A DNA stretch of 63,324 nt, counting the filler, from Hyphochytrium catenoides (lineage: Eukaryota; Protista; Hyphochytriomycota), in the NCBI GenBank assembly GCA_900088475.1. It is 5 parts of 5 records of this genome, joined end to end, with 100 filler letters (N's around TTAATTAATTAA, not from the genome) between each part and the next. Parts side by side here need not be neighbours in the genome. Positions count along the whole stretch, not along the records: positions 48,272 to 62,065 come from FLMG01000953.1; positions 62,166 to 63,324 come from FLMG01003510.1; 3 more parts are not named here. One strand, given 5' to 3'. Each line of letters starts with the position of its first letter. The stretch's first letter is position 1. Below, in pieces: positions 61,891 through 63,324 of this stretch. The notes under the pieces were generated by a model. That model was not told the DNA's origin, ran no database searches, and was given only the letters and a program-made list of their open reading frames with translations. Position numbers and translations under genes: made by a program.

Positions 61891-62012
61891 CGTCTGCAAG
61901 CATACGCTAACCTGTCAAACCGTCAATTCGACAAAAGAAGGAATGATATGGCTGCCAAGGCCGCCAACGTAAGGGAGAAAGCCTGTGTTGATGGCCGTAG
62001 TGGAGGACTCAC

Positions 62013-62044
<32 letters not shown>

Positions 62045-62065
62045 TGGATGAAAGACAGATCTCTT

Positions 62066-62165
62066 NNNNNNNNNNNNNNNNNNNNNNNNNNNNNNNNNNN
62101 NNNNNNNNNTTAATTAATTAANNNNNNNNNNNNNNNNNNNNNNNNNNNNNNNNNNNNNNNNNNNN
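62066..62165. other. Artificial contig spacer
   Basis: N44-TTAATTAATTAA-N44. Confidence 0.97.
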
Positions 62166-62559
62166 CTTGGCGAAGGCGATGCTTAGCATTGTCCCCGGCC
62201 CGGTCCATCTTCATAGCAGTCGTTGGATCACTCTTCCTTCCTCACTTCATTCTAATCTCAACGTGAAGGTCATCTATCTCCTTCATCATCATTATTTATA
62301 TCAGTGATACCAGCAAGGACCTTCTATGGTTTGTCGGTGCGGCGGAGGTGACCTTGCATCGGTCTTTCGTCTATTGTCGTCGGCGCATTGCTTGTCTTCC
62401 TTCAGTCTTCATCGTCGTTTCTTTTTCTTCCATGATCAACATAACCTTCTTCGTCCTCATCTTCCTTCCTCTTGCTTCTTCTTGTTCAAGGCTTTTCTTG
62501 TCTTCTTCCTTTCTTCAATATTAACAACTAATTTCTTCTTATTCCTCGGTGGTGGGCAT

Positions 62560-63324
62560 CAGACTTCTTCTCCTTCATCGTCACCCATCTTCCCTCTCTT
62601 CAGCACCATTCTCTTATACTTTCTCCAGCCTTTTCCCTTCTTCATCATATCAGTCCGATGCGTTCTTCTTCTTCTTCCTCCCACTCCAGTATCATCATCT
62701 TCTTCTTTTCTTCATCAGCACCATGGATCTTCCTCCTTCACCAGCAACGTACTTATCTCTCATCACCATCTTCTCTTCTCTTCAGCACCATCTTCTCTTC
62801 TCTTCCAGCACCATTCTCTTATTGGTCTTTGCCCATCCTTTTCCCTTTCTTCATCATCAATCCCTGGTCTTTCTTCTTCTTCTTCTTGCTCCCCCTCCCG
62901 CATCATCGTCTTCTCTTCTTCTTCTCTTCCTCATCAGCACCATGGATCTTCCTCCTTCACCATTAACGTACTTATCTCTCATCACCATCTTCTCTTCTCT
63001 TCCAGCACCATTCTCTTAGTCTCTCCCCATCCTTTTCCCTTTCTTCATCATCAATCTTCAATGTGCTTTCTTCTTCTTGCTCCCCTCCAGCATCATCTTC
63101 TTTTCTTCCCTTCTTCCTCATCAGCACCATGGATCTTCCTCCTTCACCAGCAACCTACTTATCTCTTATCACCATCTTCTCTTCTCTTCATCACCGCCAT
63201 CTTCTCTTCTCTTCCAGCACCACCATTCTCATAGTCTTTCTTCATCCTTTTCCCTCTCTTCATCATCATCAATCCCTGGTCTTTCTTCTTCTTCTTCTTG
63301 CTCCCCTCCCGCATCATCTTCTCT
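62560..63324. repeat. Complex pyrimidine-rich minisatellite (units of about 190-220 bp)
   Basis: catcagcaccatggatcttcctccttcacc recurs near 62713, 62932 and 63119, with reshuffled tcttctct and caccattctc sub-modules. Confidence 0.85.

Overview
Eukaryotic (protist, probably stramenopile-like; the taxon is an inference) nuclear DNA using the standard genetic code. The window is not contiguous: five contigs are joined by artificial 100-nt spacers (N44-TTAATTAATTAA-N44) at 30938, 40430, 48172 and 62066. Contig 1 (1-30937) is gene dense: a 7TM-RGS protein, a CENP-V/GFA protein, an MSS51-C-like protein, a coiled-coil protein, RPS25 (intron 2 hosts an H/ACA snoRNA, intron 1 a second structured element), a GPATCH4-like protein, an SLC25A44-like carrier, a SHOCT-alpha-kinase, RPN10, a TM-ARM protein, VPS29, ITPA, CBWD/ZNG1 and Asterix. 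Contig 2 (31038-40429) holds a catalytically degenerate histidine-phosphatase membrane protein, a p24/TMED protein with a DNRLRE/CBM96-like domain inserted between its GOLD domain and coiled coil, a divergent profilin-like gene and an RluA pseudouridine synthase with an HMG-box-like insert. Contig 3 has the 3' end of a kinesin-14 and a GlnRS ending in a CysRS-type C-terminal appendage. Contig 4 is gene poor and decayed: a zinc-ribbon protein, a doubly frameshifted DUF218 gene, an intronless glycosyltransferase-like gene and a MULE relic. Contig 5 is a pyrimidine-rich minisatellite. The best candidate for an undescribed system is the p24-CBM96-like hybrid, a possible glycan-binding ER-Golgi cargo receptor. 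Gene models were spliced by eye, and domain calls come from motif recognition, not database searches.
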